Shown piece by piece: positions 56,254 to 64,000 of a DNA stretch of 64,000 nucleotides (position 1 is its first letter; every line of letters begins with the position of its first letter). The notes under the pieces are model-generated. The model was not told where the DNA came from. It saw only the letters and a list, made by a program, of their open reading frames with translations, and made no database searches. A program made the translations under genes and the position numbers. The stretch lies in IMG/VR virus record IMGVR_UViG_3300037044_000228, positions 1-64,000 of that record, one strand, 5' to 3'. Source of the stretch: a virus.

Positions 56254-56898
56254 ATGGCCGATCCACTCATCGACCTCGCCAACCTTGCGGCGGTGAAGAC
56301 GTACCTGACAGCAGCGGGGCTCGCGCAGCCCGACGATGCGGTGCTCGAGCGGCTTGTGACAGCGGTGAGCCAGCAGATCCAGAGCCATCTCAATCGCCGG
56401 CTGGTGCGCCAGTCCTACACGCAGACCTTCAACGGCCATGGGCGCAACGCGCTCTATCCGCCGCAATTCCCGATCCAGGCGGTGTCATCGGTCACGGTGA
56501 ACGGGCGGGTGGTGAGCGCGGCGAACGGACCGACGGGCGCGGGCTATGTGTTTTCCGAGCAAGCGATCTATCTGCGCGGCGGCGCGTTCGATCGCGGTAT
56601 CCAGAACGTCGTCATCGCCTACGAAGCGGGCTACAACCCGCTCCCTGCCGATCTTGTGCAGGCACTCCACGGCGCGATCGGCGCGCTGACATCTGACGAG
56701 TTTTCCGTCACCGGGCAGGGCATCCCCAAGGGGGTGTCTTCGTACTCGGCTGGCGACCATTCCATTTCTTTCGGCGGCGGCGCAGCGGCGGCGGGCTCGA
56801 GCGCGAGCGGCGATGCGATGCTGCTGCCGCTTGATGGCACGACGATCGCGCAGCTGGCGCCGTATCGGCGCGTGCACGCTGTCGATCTTGGCCGGTGA
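56254..56898 (+). CDS. head-tail adaptor/connector protein
   Basis: LAAVKTYL...YEAGYNPLPADL...LAPYRRV. Confidence 0.75.
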   Translation: MADPLIDLANLAAVKTYLTAAGLAQPDDAVLERLVTAVSQQIQSHLNRRLVRQSYTQTFNGHGRNALYPPQFPIQAVSSVTVNGRVVSAANGPTGAGYVFSEQAIYLRGGAFDRGIQNVVIAYEAGYNPLPADLVQALHGAIGALTSDEFSVTGQGIPKGVSSYSAGDHSISFGGGAAAAGSSASGDAMLLPLDGTTIAQLAPYRRVHAVDLGR

Positions 56899-56908
56899 GG
56901 CGAAACCC

Positions 56909-58426
56909 ATGAGCGACCGCAAGACTTTCGCCAGCGCAGTGAACCGCGCGACAGCCTTCTCGAAGGGCTTCGGCGTCCACGGCTTCTGGAACGGCACGGA
57001 GCCGCACCGGGGCGGTGGTGGTGCGCGTGGCGGCGCGCGGCGGGGCGCGCAAGCGGGCGTCGGCGGCGGCGCTGCAACGCCTGTCGCCAGCGCAGGCGCG
57101 CAAGCCAAGGCCGATGCGGTGCGGGTCGCGCAACGGCAAGGTGCGGTGGAAGTGGCGCGTGCGCCGGCGACTCCAGCCGCAGCGTCGGCGCGTTTCAGTG
57201 CGCGGGATGAACTTTCGCGTCTGGAAGCGGGCGGTGCGCCGCGCAAACTCCGAACGCGCCAGCAGGAAGCGCTCATGCGCGAGGCGATCGCCACGAGTCG
57301 CGTGCGCAACAACGAAGACCCCAAGGTGAGCGCGATCATATCGTCGCTCGGCGGCAACAACGGTACGAAGCTCCCGATCTATGCGGGCGGTCCGAGACAG
57401 GCGCCTGCGCCGGCGCGTGCCGCCAGCGCGGCAGCGGCCGGACCGAACGCCGCGGCGATCGATCGCGTCGCCAACAACATGCACGATGCATGGCGCAAGG
57501 AGTTCGTCGCGGCCAATGGCGCCGGGGCGCAACGCTGGAAGCCGGTGAACCCTGAGAGCGCGGCATGGATCGCGGCCAACCCGCGCGCGATTCCGAAGAC
57601 CCAGATCCGGACCAATCCGGAGACCGGTCAGCAGGAAATCAACATCGCGGGGCTACGCAACAAGCAGCTTCCGCCGAACCAGCACGGCAAGGAAAACGCC
57701 GACGGCGCGCGTCATGCGGTCGAGACGGTCGCGCGCAATCCGCGCGCCAGCGTCGACGAGCATGCAGCGGCGGTGCATCAAGCGTGGCTCGCGCGGAACG
57801 GCTCATGGGCGCCGGCTTCGCAGAAGGTGCCCTACAATCGTCTGTCGGATGCCGACAAGGAAAAGGACCGCGTTATCGTCCGCGCGGCCATGCGCGCGCT
57901 CGGCGTGAAGCCTGAGCCCACTACACCGGCGCGTGCGGCGGCGAACGCTGCGGCGGGCGCGGCTAGATCCAGCGCGAGCGGCGGCGCGACTTCCCTGTCA
58001 GCGGCTCGACGCACTCTCGACGAGGCGCAAGAGCGGTTCCGTGGCGCGTCTGCGACGTACCGCGACGGCGGCGGCAGTGCGGAATCGGTGGCGAACGCCA
58101 ACCGCGCGCTGCAGAACGCACAGGCGGCATGGGCGCGCGCGCGCACCGAGAACGCGGCGCGGTCAACGGAGATCAAACGCGCGCCCGGCGAGAGCCGTAC
58201 CGTGGCGTATCTGCGTGCGGCCGAGGGCAATCTCTCGAGCACACAACGGATCGTGCAGTCCATGGCGTCGCAATCTCGAGCGGAAGTCGTCGCGGTCGCG
58301 CGCGAGCTCGGCTTGCCGGTGCGCGCCAACACCACGAAGGCGAACGCTCTCGCGATGATCTCTGGCCGTGCGGCTAAGAGCGAGTCCGACGCGGCGTTGA
58401 ACGAGCGCATCCGCAACGGCGCGTGA
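56909..58426 (+). CDS. tagged cargo protein with tandem RyR-like repeats and C-terminal Rho-N/HeH-like motif
   Basis: Leader plus GFGVHGFW tag; ANNMHDAWR and AVHQAWLARN...VPYNRLSDADKEKDR; SRAEVVAVARELGLPVRANTTKANAL. Confidence 0.7.
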   Translation: MSDRKTFASAVNRATAFSKGFGVHGFWNGTEPHRGGGGARGGARRGAQAGVGGGAATPVASAGAQAKADAVRVAQRQGAVEVARAPATPAAASARFSARDELSRLEAGGAPRKLRTRQQEALMREAIATSRVRNNEDPKVSAIISSLGGNNGTKLPIYAGGPRQAPAPARAASAAAAGPNAAAIDRVANNMHDAWRKEFVAANGAGAQRWKPVNPESAAWIAANPRAIPKTQIRTNPETGQQEINIAGLRNKQLPPNQHGKENADGARHAVETVARNPRASVDEHAAAVHQAWLARNGSWAPASQKVPYNRLSDADKEKDRVIVRAAMRALGVKPEPTTPARAAANAAAGAARSSASGGATSLSAARRTLDEAQERFRGASATYRDGGGSAESVANANRALQNAQAAWARARTENAARSTEIKRAPGESRTVAYLRAAEGNLSSTQRIVQSMASQSRAEVVAVARELGLPVRANTTKANALAMISGRAAKSESDAALNERIRNGA

Positions 58427-58446
58427 TCTGACCAGCGGAGCAGCGC

Positions 58447-58818
58447 GTGTCGATTCCCAGCTTCATCTATCCGCGCACGATCTCGGTGCGGCGACCGAAG
58501 ACGGTGAACCCGGCGACGTCGGTGGGCGACCGTGGCTACAGCGCCCAGCGCGGGCCGGTGGACGAAGACGTCATCATCGCCGGGCCGGTGGCCGCGTCAG
58601 TCCAGCTTTCGAGCGGCGGGAAGGGTAAGGCCGGCGTGCCGTCCGATCCAGGCGTGGCGTCGGCGTCGATCTTTATTCCAGCGACGGCAGGCATCGCCCT
58701 TGGCGCGATCAAGGAAGCCGACGTCGTCACCGACGACATGGGCCGGCGCTTTCTTCTGTCGAACGCCTACTGGACCTCCCTCGGCTGGAAGCTGACCGGG
58801 TCCGAGATGACCGTCTAG
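58447..58818 (+). CDS. head closure / neck protein
   Basis: YPRTISVRRP...DVVTDDMGRRF...YWTSLGW; position. Confidence 0.6.
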   Translation: MSIPSFIYPRTISVRRPKTVNPATSVGDRGYSAQRGPVDEDVIIAGPVAASVQLSSGGKGKAGVPSDPGVASASIFIPATAGIALGAIKEADVVTDDMGRRFLLSNAYWTSLGWKLTGSEMTV

Positions 58819-58855
58819 CCGCGCCGACCAGCGCTGCACCGTAGGGAGCGCGAGC

Positions 58856-59824
58856 ATGGCGGACGTTTCCGACGTCGAGAACGCGTTCAAGGCGCTCATC
58901 GTCTCGAAGATCTACGCGAACGGCACGGCAGCGCCGAGCGTGATGAAGATGGACAACAACGCGGCGATTCCCGCCGTCGTTATGCGCGGTTGGCCGAACA
59001 AGACCCAGCTGCAGCGCGATCTCGCGGCGGGCGTGTGCACGATCAACATCTGGCCGCGCCCCGGCAGCGACCAGGACGTCACACCGATGTCGGCGGGCGC
59101 ATGGCAGCAAGACACAGCGCGTATGGCCGAGGCGATAGCCACGCCCGTGACCATGACGTTCTCCGCGACCGGCGGCGTCTCGGCCGCACCCGACCGGATC
59201 GTCTTCGGCGGACCGGCGGCGGCGGCGCAGAACGTCTCTGTGGTGGTGGATGGGCGCGGCTATCACGTCTCTGTCACCGCGAACCAGACCGCCGCGAGCA
59301 TCGCTGCAGCGTTTGCAGCGCTCATCTCGGCCGACCGCACGGCGACCAGCAATGGCGCGACGCTGGATCTACCCGGCGCGCATCGGTTGCAAGGGGCGTC
59401 CGGCGCGATCGTGTCGCGCGGTCTCTGGCGCGAGATCAACCGCACCAAGCGCGTGTTTCAGATCGGCTTGTGGTGTCCTTCGCCTGAGCAGCGAGACGCG
59501 GCGGGGCGCTTCCTCAACGGCGTGCTGCGCGGCAAGGGCACGCTCGCGGGGCATCTCTCGCGCTTCGATCTTGCCGATGGATCGACGGCGCATCTGCAGT
59601 ACCAGAACACGCAGATGAGCGACGATCCCGAGATGGCGGGCCTGTTCCGGCGCGACTTCTTTTTCAGCGTCGAATACGGCGACATCGAGTTCGCAGACGC
59701 CGCGCAGATCGTCCAGATCGAAACGCACTTCACGCCGCATGGCGGGGGCGGGGGCTTCGGCCCGGGCGAAGAGGCGCCGCCGGCGCTTCTGCCTGCGCCC
59801 ATCGTCACGCTGATCTCAAGCTAG
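58856..59824 (+). CDS. tail completion / terminator-like protein
   Basis: MADVSDVE...RGWP...WCPSPEQRD...FRRDFFFSVEY; precedes sheath. Confidence 0.6.
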   Translation: MADVSDVENAFKALIVSKIYANGTAAPSVMKMDNNAAIPAVVMRGWPNKTQLQRDLAAGVCTINIWPRPGSDQDVTPMSAGAWQQDTARMAEAIATPVTMTFSATGGVSAAPDRIVFGGPAAAAQNVSVVVDGRGYHVSVTANQTAASIAAAFAALISADRTATSNGATLDLPGAHRLQGASGAIVSRGLWREINRTKRVFQIGLWCPSPEQRDAAGRFLNGVLRGKGTLAGHLSRFDLADGSTAHLQYQNTQMSDDPEMAGLFRRDFFFSVEYGDIEFADAAQIVQIETHFTPHGGGGGFGPGEEAPPALLPAPIVTLISS

Positions 59825-59833
59825 GAGCACGTC

Positions 59834-60100
59834 ATGGATTTCGGCGAAGCGCTTAGCGCGCTCAAGAGCGGCCAGCGCGTCGCGCGCGCGGGATGGAATG
59901 GCAAGGGCATGTGGCTCGCGCATGTCGCCGGGCAAGATCAACCTGCAGCGTTTGCTGCGTACTCGATCAAGTCCGACCATGTGGCGAGCGATTACGCGCC
60001 AGCGGCGTGGATCGGCATGAAGACAGCGGACGACAAGTTCGTGCCGTGGCTTGCCAGCCAGACCGACATTCTGGCCGAGGACTGGACCGTCCTCGGCTGA
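59834..60100 (+). CDS. DUF2829 / Tad2-like anti-defence protein
   Basis: MDFGEALSALKSGQRVARAGWNGKGMWL...PWLASQTDILAEDW. Confidence 0.85.
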   Translation: MDFGEALSALKSGQRVARAGWNGKGMWLAHVAGQDQPAAFAAYSIKSDHVASDYAPAAWIGMKTADDKFVPWLASQTDILAEDWTVLG

Positions 60101-60156
60101 GCCGTTTGGAGCGCTTTTGAACCGTTCCTGAGCCGTTTTCCACCCGAGAGGCAACC

Positions 60157-60345
60157 ATGCACCTGATCGTCACTGCGCCCTTCGCCAAGCATGCGATCGG
60201 CGAACACATCACCGACGCCGGCGAAGTGGCCGCGATCCTCGCCAGCGAGAACGTCGCGCACGTCGTCAAGACCGCAGCGCCGCCGGCCGCGCCGGCTGTC
60301 GACGTCAAGCCTGACACGCCGGCGCGCGCCCGGAAGACCTCGTAA
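60157..60345 (+). CDS. small tail-associated protein
   Basis: GAGG RBS; typical small gene before sheath. Confidence 0.55.
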   Translation: MHLIVTAPFAKHAIGEHITDAGEVAAILASENVAHVVKTAAPPAAPAVDVKPDTPARARKTS

Positions 60346-60388
60346 GCGCGAGCGCCGCCGAAACCCCTTCTCTCAGGAGACTTCTGAC

Positions 60389-62251
60389 ATGACCATGTAT
60401 TTCGGCGGCGCCCTCAATACGGCGGCGCAAGTGGTGCCCGATCTTTCGGTGGTGGTGCAACCGCCCGACGTGCATCTCATCAACGGCCAACCCACCAACA
60501 TCTTCGGCATCGTCGGCTCGGCCTCCTGGGGCCCGGTCAATTCGCCGGTCGTGCGCGGCGGCTATGCGGATGCAGCGGCGCTGTTCGGTCCGGTGAAGAA
60601 CCGCGAGCACGACATGCTCACCATCCTCGCGACTGCGGTGCTGCAGGGCGCGAACAACTTCCGTTGCGTGCGCGTCACCGACGGCAACGACGTCGCGGCC
60701 TTCGTCCAGGTGCTCACCAACTGTATCCGCTTCACGTCGCGCTACACGGGATCGCTTGCGAACGGCGACAAGGTCACGATCGGCGCGGGCACGCAGAACA
60801 CGAGCTATCAGGTCACGGTCATTCGCCCCGGCCAGCCTGCCGAAGTGTTCGACAATATCGGCGCGGGCCTGTCTGGCGCGGCGCTCTGGACCGCGATCGC
60901 GGATGCGATCAACAACGGCGTTTCCGGCGGCGTGCGCGGCCCTTCCGCATATATCGTGGCGAGCGCCGGCGGCGGCGCAGCAGCGGCGGTCAACGCCACC
61001 TACACGCTTTCTGGCGGCGCCGATGGCGCAGCGCCGAGCGCGGCGGTGAAGGCCAGCGTTACGATCCAGACCGACTGCATGTCGCTTGCGGCAGTCGCTG
61101 CAGGGACGTCCGGAAACGCCAAGACGTTCGAGATCGCGGCGGGCACGACGCTCAACACGTTCAAGGTTATCATCAACGCGGTCGAGACTATCGACAATAT
61201 CGGTCTCGGCCTGACCGGCAACGCCCTCTGGGCGGCGATCGTCAACGCGGTCAACACGCTACCGTCTGTGCACGTTATCGCCATTCTGGGCGCGGGCGTG
61301 GCCGCGCCCACCAATGCGGTGCATACCCTCACGGGCGGCGTGGCGTCTGTCGGCGGCGTGACCGAGACGCAGCTGATCGGCGTCGACACTTCGCCGCGCA
61401 CCGGCATGTACGCGCTTTCTGGCGCGGGCTGCAGCGTCGCGGCGCTGGCGGATGCGACCGACACGTCGTCCTGGGCGGCGCAAGTGGCGTTCGGCCTGTC
61501 CGAAGGCGTTTACATGCAAGGCGCCGGCGCGAGCGGTGAATCCATCACCACAGCGGCGACCAACCGCAACTCGATCGGCGTCGATACGCCGTGGTTCAAG
61601 GTCGCGCTGGGCGACTGGATCCTCTGGAACGACGTCGTCAACGGTGTGCAGCGCTTTGTCTCGCCGCAGGGCTTCTATGGCGGTCAACTGGCGACCCTCG
61701 GTCCTCACCAGAGCGGTCTCAACAAGCCGCTCTACGGGATTATCGCGACCCAGAAGAGTTACGCCAACCAGACCTATAGCTCTGCCGAACTCCAGCAGAT
61801 GGCGATGGCCGGACTTGACGTGATCGCGAACCCCAGCGTCGGCGGCTTCTACTTCTCGCCGCGCTTCGGTCGCAACTCGTCGTCGAACGCGCTGCTGCAT
61901 GGCGATAACTATCCGCGCAACACCGCGTTCATTGCGCGCACGCTCAATGCGGGCCTCGGGATCTACGTCGGCGACCTGCAGTCGGAAGATGTGCAGCGCG
62001 AGGCGGAAGCCACCATTACGCACTTGCTCGAGGCGCTCTGGGCGCAAGGCATGATCGGCAATTCGCAGGGAACCGTCCCTTTCTCGGTGCAGATCGCCGA
62101 CATTTCCATCAACCCGCCGTCGCGCGTGGCCCTCGGCTACATGATGGCGCGGGTGCGCGTGCAATACCTGTCGGTGATCGAATACTTCATCTGCAATCTG
62201 CAGGCGGGGCAGGGCGTCACCATCGAAACCGTCGGTCCGGTCGCGGCCTGA
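60389..62251 (+). CDS. tail sheath protein
   Basis: VPDLSVVVQPP...GIVGSASWGPVN...YMMARVRVQYLSVIEYF. Confidence 0.85.
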   Translation: MTMYFGGALNTAAQVVPDLSVVVQPPDVHLINGQPTNIFGIVGSASWGPVNSPVVRGGYADAAALFGPVKNREHDMLTILATAVLQGANNFRCVRVTDGNDVAAFVQVLTNCIRFTSRYTGSLANGDKVTIGAGTQNTSYQVTVIRPGQPAEVFDNIGAGLSGAALWTAIADAINNGVSGGVRGPSAYIVASAGGGAAAAVNATYTLSGGADGAAPSAAVKASVTIQTDCMSLAAVAAGTSGNAKTFEIAAGTTLNTFKVIINAVETIDNIGLGLTGNALWAAIVNAVNTLPSVHVIAILGAGVAAPTNAVHTLTGGVASVGGVTETQLIGVDTSPRTGMYALSGAGCSVAALADATDTSSWAAQVAFGLSEGVYMQGAGASGESITTAATNRNSIGVDTPWFKVALGDWILWNDVVNGVQRFVSPQGFYGGQLATLGPHQSGLNKPLYGIIATQKSYANQTYSSAELQQMAMAGLDVIANPSVGGFYFSPRFGRNSSSNALLHGDNYPRNTAFIARTLNAGLGIYVGDLQSEDVQREAEATITHLLEALWAQGMIGNSQGTVPFSVQIADISINPPSRVALGYMMARVRVQYLSVIEYFICNLQAGQGVTIETVGPVAA

Positions 62252-62297
62252 TCCAGCGCAGATCGCCACCCTCCCACGATGGGGAGGGTGCGTGCCC

Positions 62298-62341
62298 TAT
62301 GACCGATCGGTCATATCTCAAATTATGACCGCCCGGTCATA
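62298..62341. repeat. tandem 18-bp palindromes TATGACCG-NN-CGGTCATA
   Basis: 62298-62315 and 62324-62341, between sheath and tube. Confidence 0.85.
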
Positions 62342-62369
62342 GATCCACCTTCCATTCAGGAGATCCACC

Positions 62370-62804
62370 ATGCCGCAGAACGGCTATTCGATCGGGCGCG
62401 ATTTCACGCTCGACGTCATCAAGGGCAACGGCGCGGTCCTGCGCATCAAGGTGAAGACCGGCTACACCGCGCGTCAGCAGGTCAAGGAGGAAGTGGTGGA
62501 GCGCCTCGACGGCGTGACCGACTATCTCAACATGCCGAAGGGATGGGGCGGGACCATCGAATATGACCGTCAGGACGACGAGATCGACGCCTACTTCGCG
62601 CAGTGGGAAGCCGACTATCACGCCGGCCGCAATCAACCCAATCTCACCATGACCGAGACGATCACCAATCCCGGCGGCGGCATTACGCAGTACCGGTTCG
62701 TGGGCGTCGCGCTCAAATACGAGGACACCGGCAACAAGAACGGACAGAGCGTCGTGAAAGGCCGTCTCGGCTGGAACGCGTCGCGCCGTCTCAAGATCCG
62801 CTAG
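62370..62804 (+). CDS. tail tube protein
   Basis: 144 aa directly after sheath; AGGAG RBS. Confidence 0.8.
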   Translation: MPQNGYSIGRDFTLDVIKGNGAVLRIKVKTGYTARQQVKEEVVERLDGVTDYLNMPKGWGGTIEYDRQDDEIDAYFAQWEADYHAGRNQPNLTMTETITNPGGGITQYRFVGVALKYEDTGNKNGQSVVKGRLGWNASRRLKIR

Positions 62805-62941
62805 CGAGCGCGACGTCGGGGGACGCACGCAGGAGGCCAACGCGGGGACATCGTCTGGGTGGGAGGGCGGACGGGCGCCCGGCATGTCGCCGAAGCCCGC
62901 AGTTACAGCGCCCCCGCGGGGCCACATGAAGGATCGATCGA

Positions 62942-63346
62942 ATGGCTGGACAGCGCCAAGTGAAAGTCCGCACGCCCGAGGCGGCGGGCGATGATGATGA
63001 AAGCGCGGTGCGCACTCTCTCACCGAAGGCGCAGGCGATCGCGCTCGATCCCGATGAAGACGGCAAGGTCGTTTGGATCAAGAAGCCCGGCCCGCTCGCG
63101 CAATTCCGTCTCACCGAGGCGCTGGGCCAGGCGGCGCAGAACCTGACCTATCTGCAGATGTGCGCGCCGCTGCTCTACGTCACGAAGGTCGACGACGTCG
63201 ACGTCTATCCGCCCGCCAACAAGCGCGAAGTGGAAGCGATCGTGGAGCTTCTCGGCGAGTCCGGTCTCGATGCGCTCATGAAAGGGGTGCAGAAACACTT
63301 CCAGTCCAAGACGGAGGATGAAGCCCGCGAGGCCATCCGAAAATAG
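62942..63346 (+). CDS. tail assembly chaperone (gpG-like)
   Basis: Follows tube; ends CGA AAA TAG with an open -1 frame. Confidence 0.7.
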   Translation: MAGQRQVKVRTPEAAGDDDESAVRTLSPKAQAIALDPDEDGKVVWIKKPGPLAQFRLTEALGQAAQNLTYLQMCAPLLYVTKVDDVDVYPPANKREVEAIVELLGESGLDALMKGVQKHFQSKTEDEAREAIRK

Positions 63347-63525
63347 CAACGGAGCCGTCGATCCAGGAGTCGCTCTGGCTGGTGAAGAACGGCGTGCCAT
63401 TCGGCACTGCGTTCTCGCTGGATTCCGAAACCCGGATCGCCTTCGCCATCGTGTTCGGCGGCTTCGAAGGCAACGAGTGGGATTGGGACGACATGGCGTT
63501 CCGCGAGCGCCGCGAGGGAGGGTGA
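63343..63525 (+). CDS. -1 frame extension of tail chaperone (gpGT-like)
   Basis: IATEPSIQESLWLVKNGVPF...WDWDDM, no clear RBS-led start of its own. Confidence 0.6.
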   Translation: MATEPSIQESLWLVKNGVPFGTAFSLDSETRIAFAIVFGGFEGNEWDWDDMAFRERREGG

Positions 63526-63527
63526 GC

Positions 63528-64000
63528 ATGCAAGGCCTGCTGCAACTTAATTCCTTCGCGGCGCTCGCCGCGTCTCTCGCAGCGGAAGCGACCGGCTTCT
63601 ACAAGCGCGAGCAGCAGTTTCTCGAGGTCGCGGCGATCGAGATCCAGCGGACGGCGAAGTCCATGTACGGGATCTATCAGCCGTCTGTGGACGTGTTCGG
63701 CGCATGGCCCGAGCTCGCGGCGTCTACAAAGGCCGATCGGCGCAGCAAGGGCTATACCGAGAACGATCCGCTGCTGCGGTCGGGGGGTCTGCGCGATTCC
63801 ATCAAATACGAGATCCACGGTCTGAGCGCGGTGATCGGGTCCGAAGACAAGGTCGCGTTCTGGCAGGAGTTCGGTACGTCCGGCATGCCGCCGCGGCCGA
63901 CGCTCGGCCCCGCGCTTGCGCGATCCATGCCGCGCGTGTCCGAACTGCTCGGCGACGTGCTGATCCGGGGTGGGCAGGCGATCAATTTCAACATGCTCGC
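63528..64000 (+). CDS. virion morphogenesis protein (HK97 gp10 / tail S-like), truncated by window
   Basis: WPELAASTKADR...PLLRSGGLRDSI...QEFGTSGMPPRPTLGPA. Confidence 0.7.
   Translation, partial: MQGLLQLNSFAALAASLAAEATGFYKREQQFLEVAAIEIQRTAKSMYGIYQPSVDVFGAWPELAASTKADRRSKGYTENDPLLRSGGLRDSIKYEIHGLSAVIGSEDKVAFWQEFGTSGMPPRPTLGPALARSMPRVSELLGDVLIRGGQAINFNML

Larger units (their letters stand above)
3851..64000. mobile_element. temperate prophage with contractile tail (left part; continues beyond window)
   Basis: Integrase directly after tRNA 3' end; lambdoid-like order of cI/cro, replication, terminase, portal, protease, capsid, sheath and tube. Confidence 0.95.

Noticed and set aside
1-64000. 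CRISPR array, retron/DGR reverse transcriptase, rRNA
   Set aside because: No regularly spaced repeat-spacer array, no RT motif in credible ORFs and no rRNA-like sequence seen.

Overview
GC-rich alphaproteobacterial DNA (Caulobacterales/Hyphomonadaceae-like, judged from gene content). The first ~3.85 kb is host chromosome: the 3' end of an IS630-type element, a TIR-TM-LysM gene, recJ and tRNA-Glu(TTC). Everything from ~3.85 kb to the end is the left ~60 kb of a large temperate prophage with a contractile tail, integrated at the tRNA-Glu 3' end. It runs integrase/xis, early-left operon, cI/cro switch, DnaB plus initiator with iterons, accessory and DNA-modification genes, terminase, portal, prohead protease, capsid, neck, sheath, tube and tail chaperone. 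Tape measure, lysis genes and attR are not in the window. The most striking feature is an apparent virion-cargo system. A conserved peptide tag (K|GFGVHGFWNGTEPHRGGGG) occurs in three head-region genes, each time right after a hydrophobic-X-Lys site, and that site also saturates the prohead protease/scaffold. The tag heads different payloads: a T7 gp0.7-like kinase with a WNK-like shifted lysine fused to the portal, a tandem RyR-repeat protein, and a basic helical protein. Other highlights are a set of host cell-cycle regulator mimics (GapR, DnaA domain IV, GcrA-HTH, SciP, a ParB N-terminal peptide), a duplicated 77-bp element followed each time by tRNA-like structured RNAs, a D-armless tRNA-Gly-like gene, a nested EcoHK31I-beta-like ORF inside the C5 methyltransferase, and a Tad2/DUF2829 gene. 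All family calls come from motif recognition by eye, not database searches.
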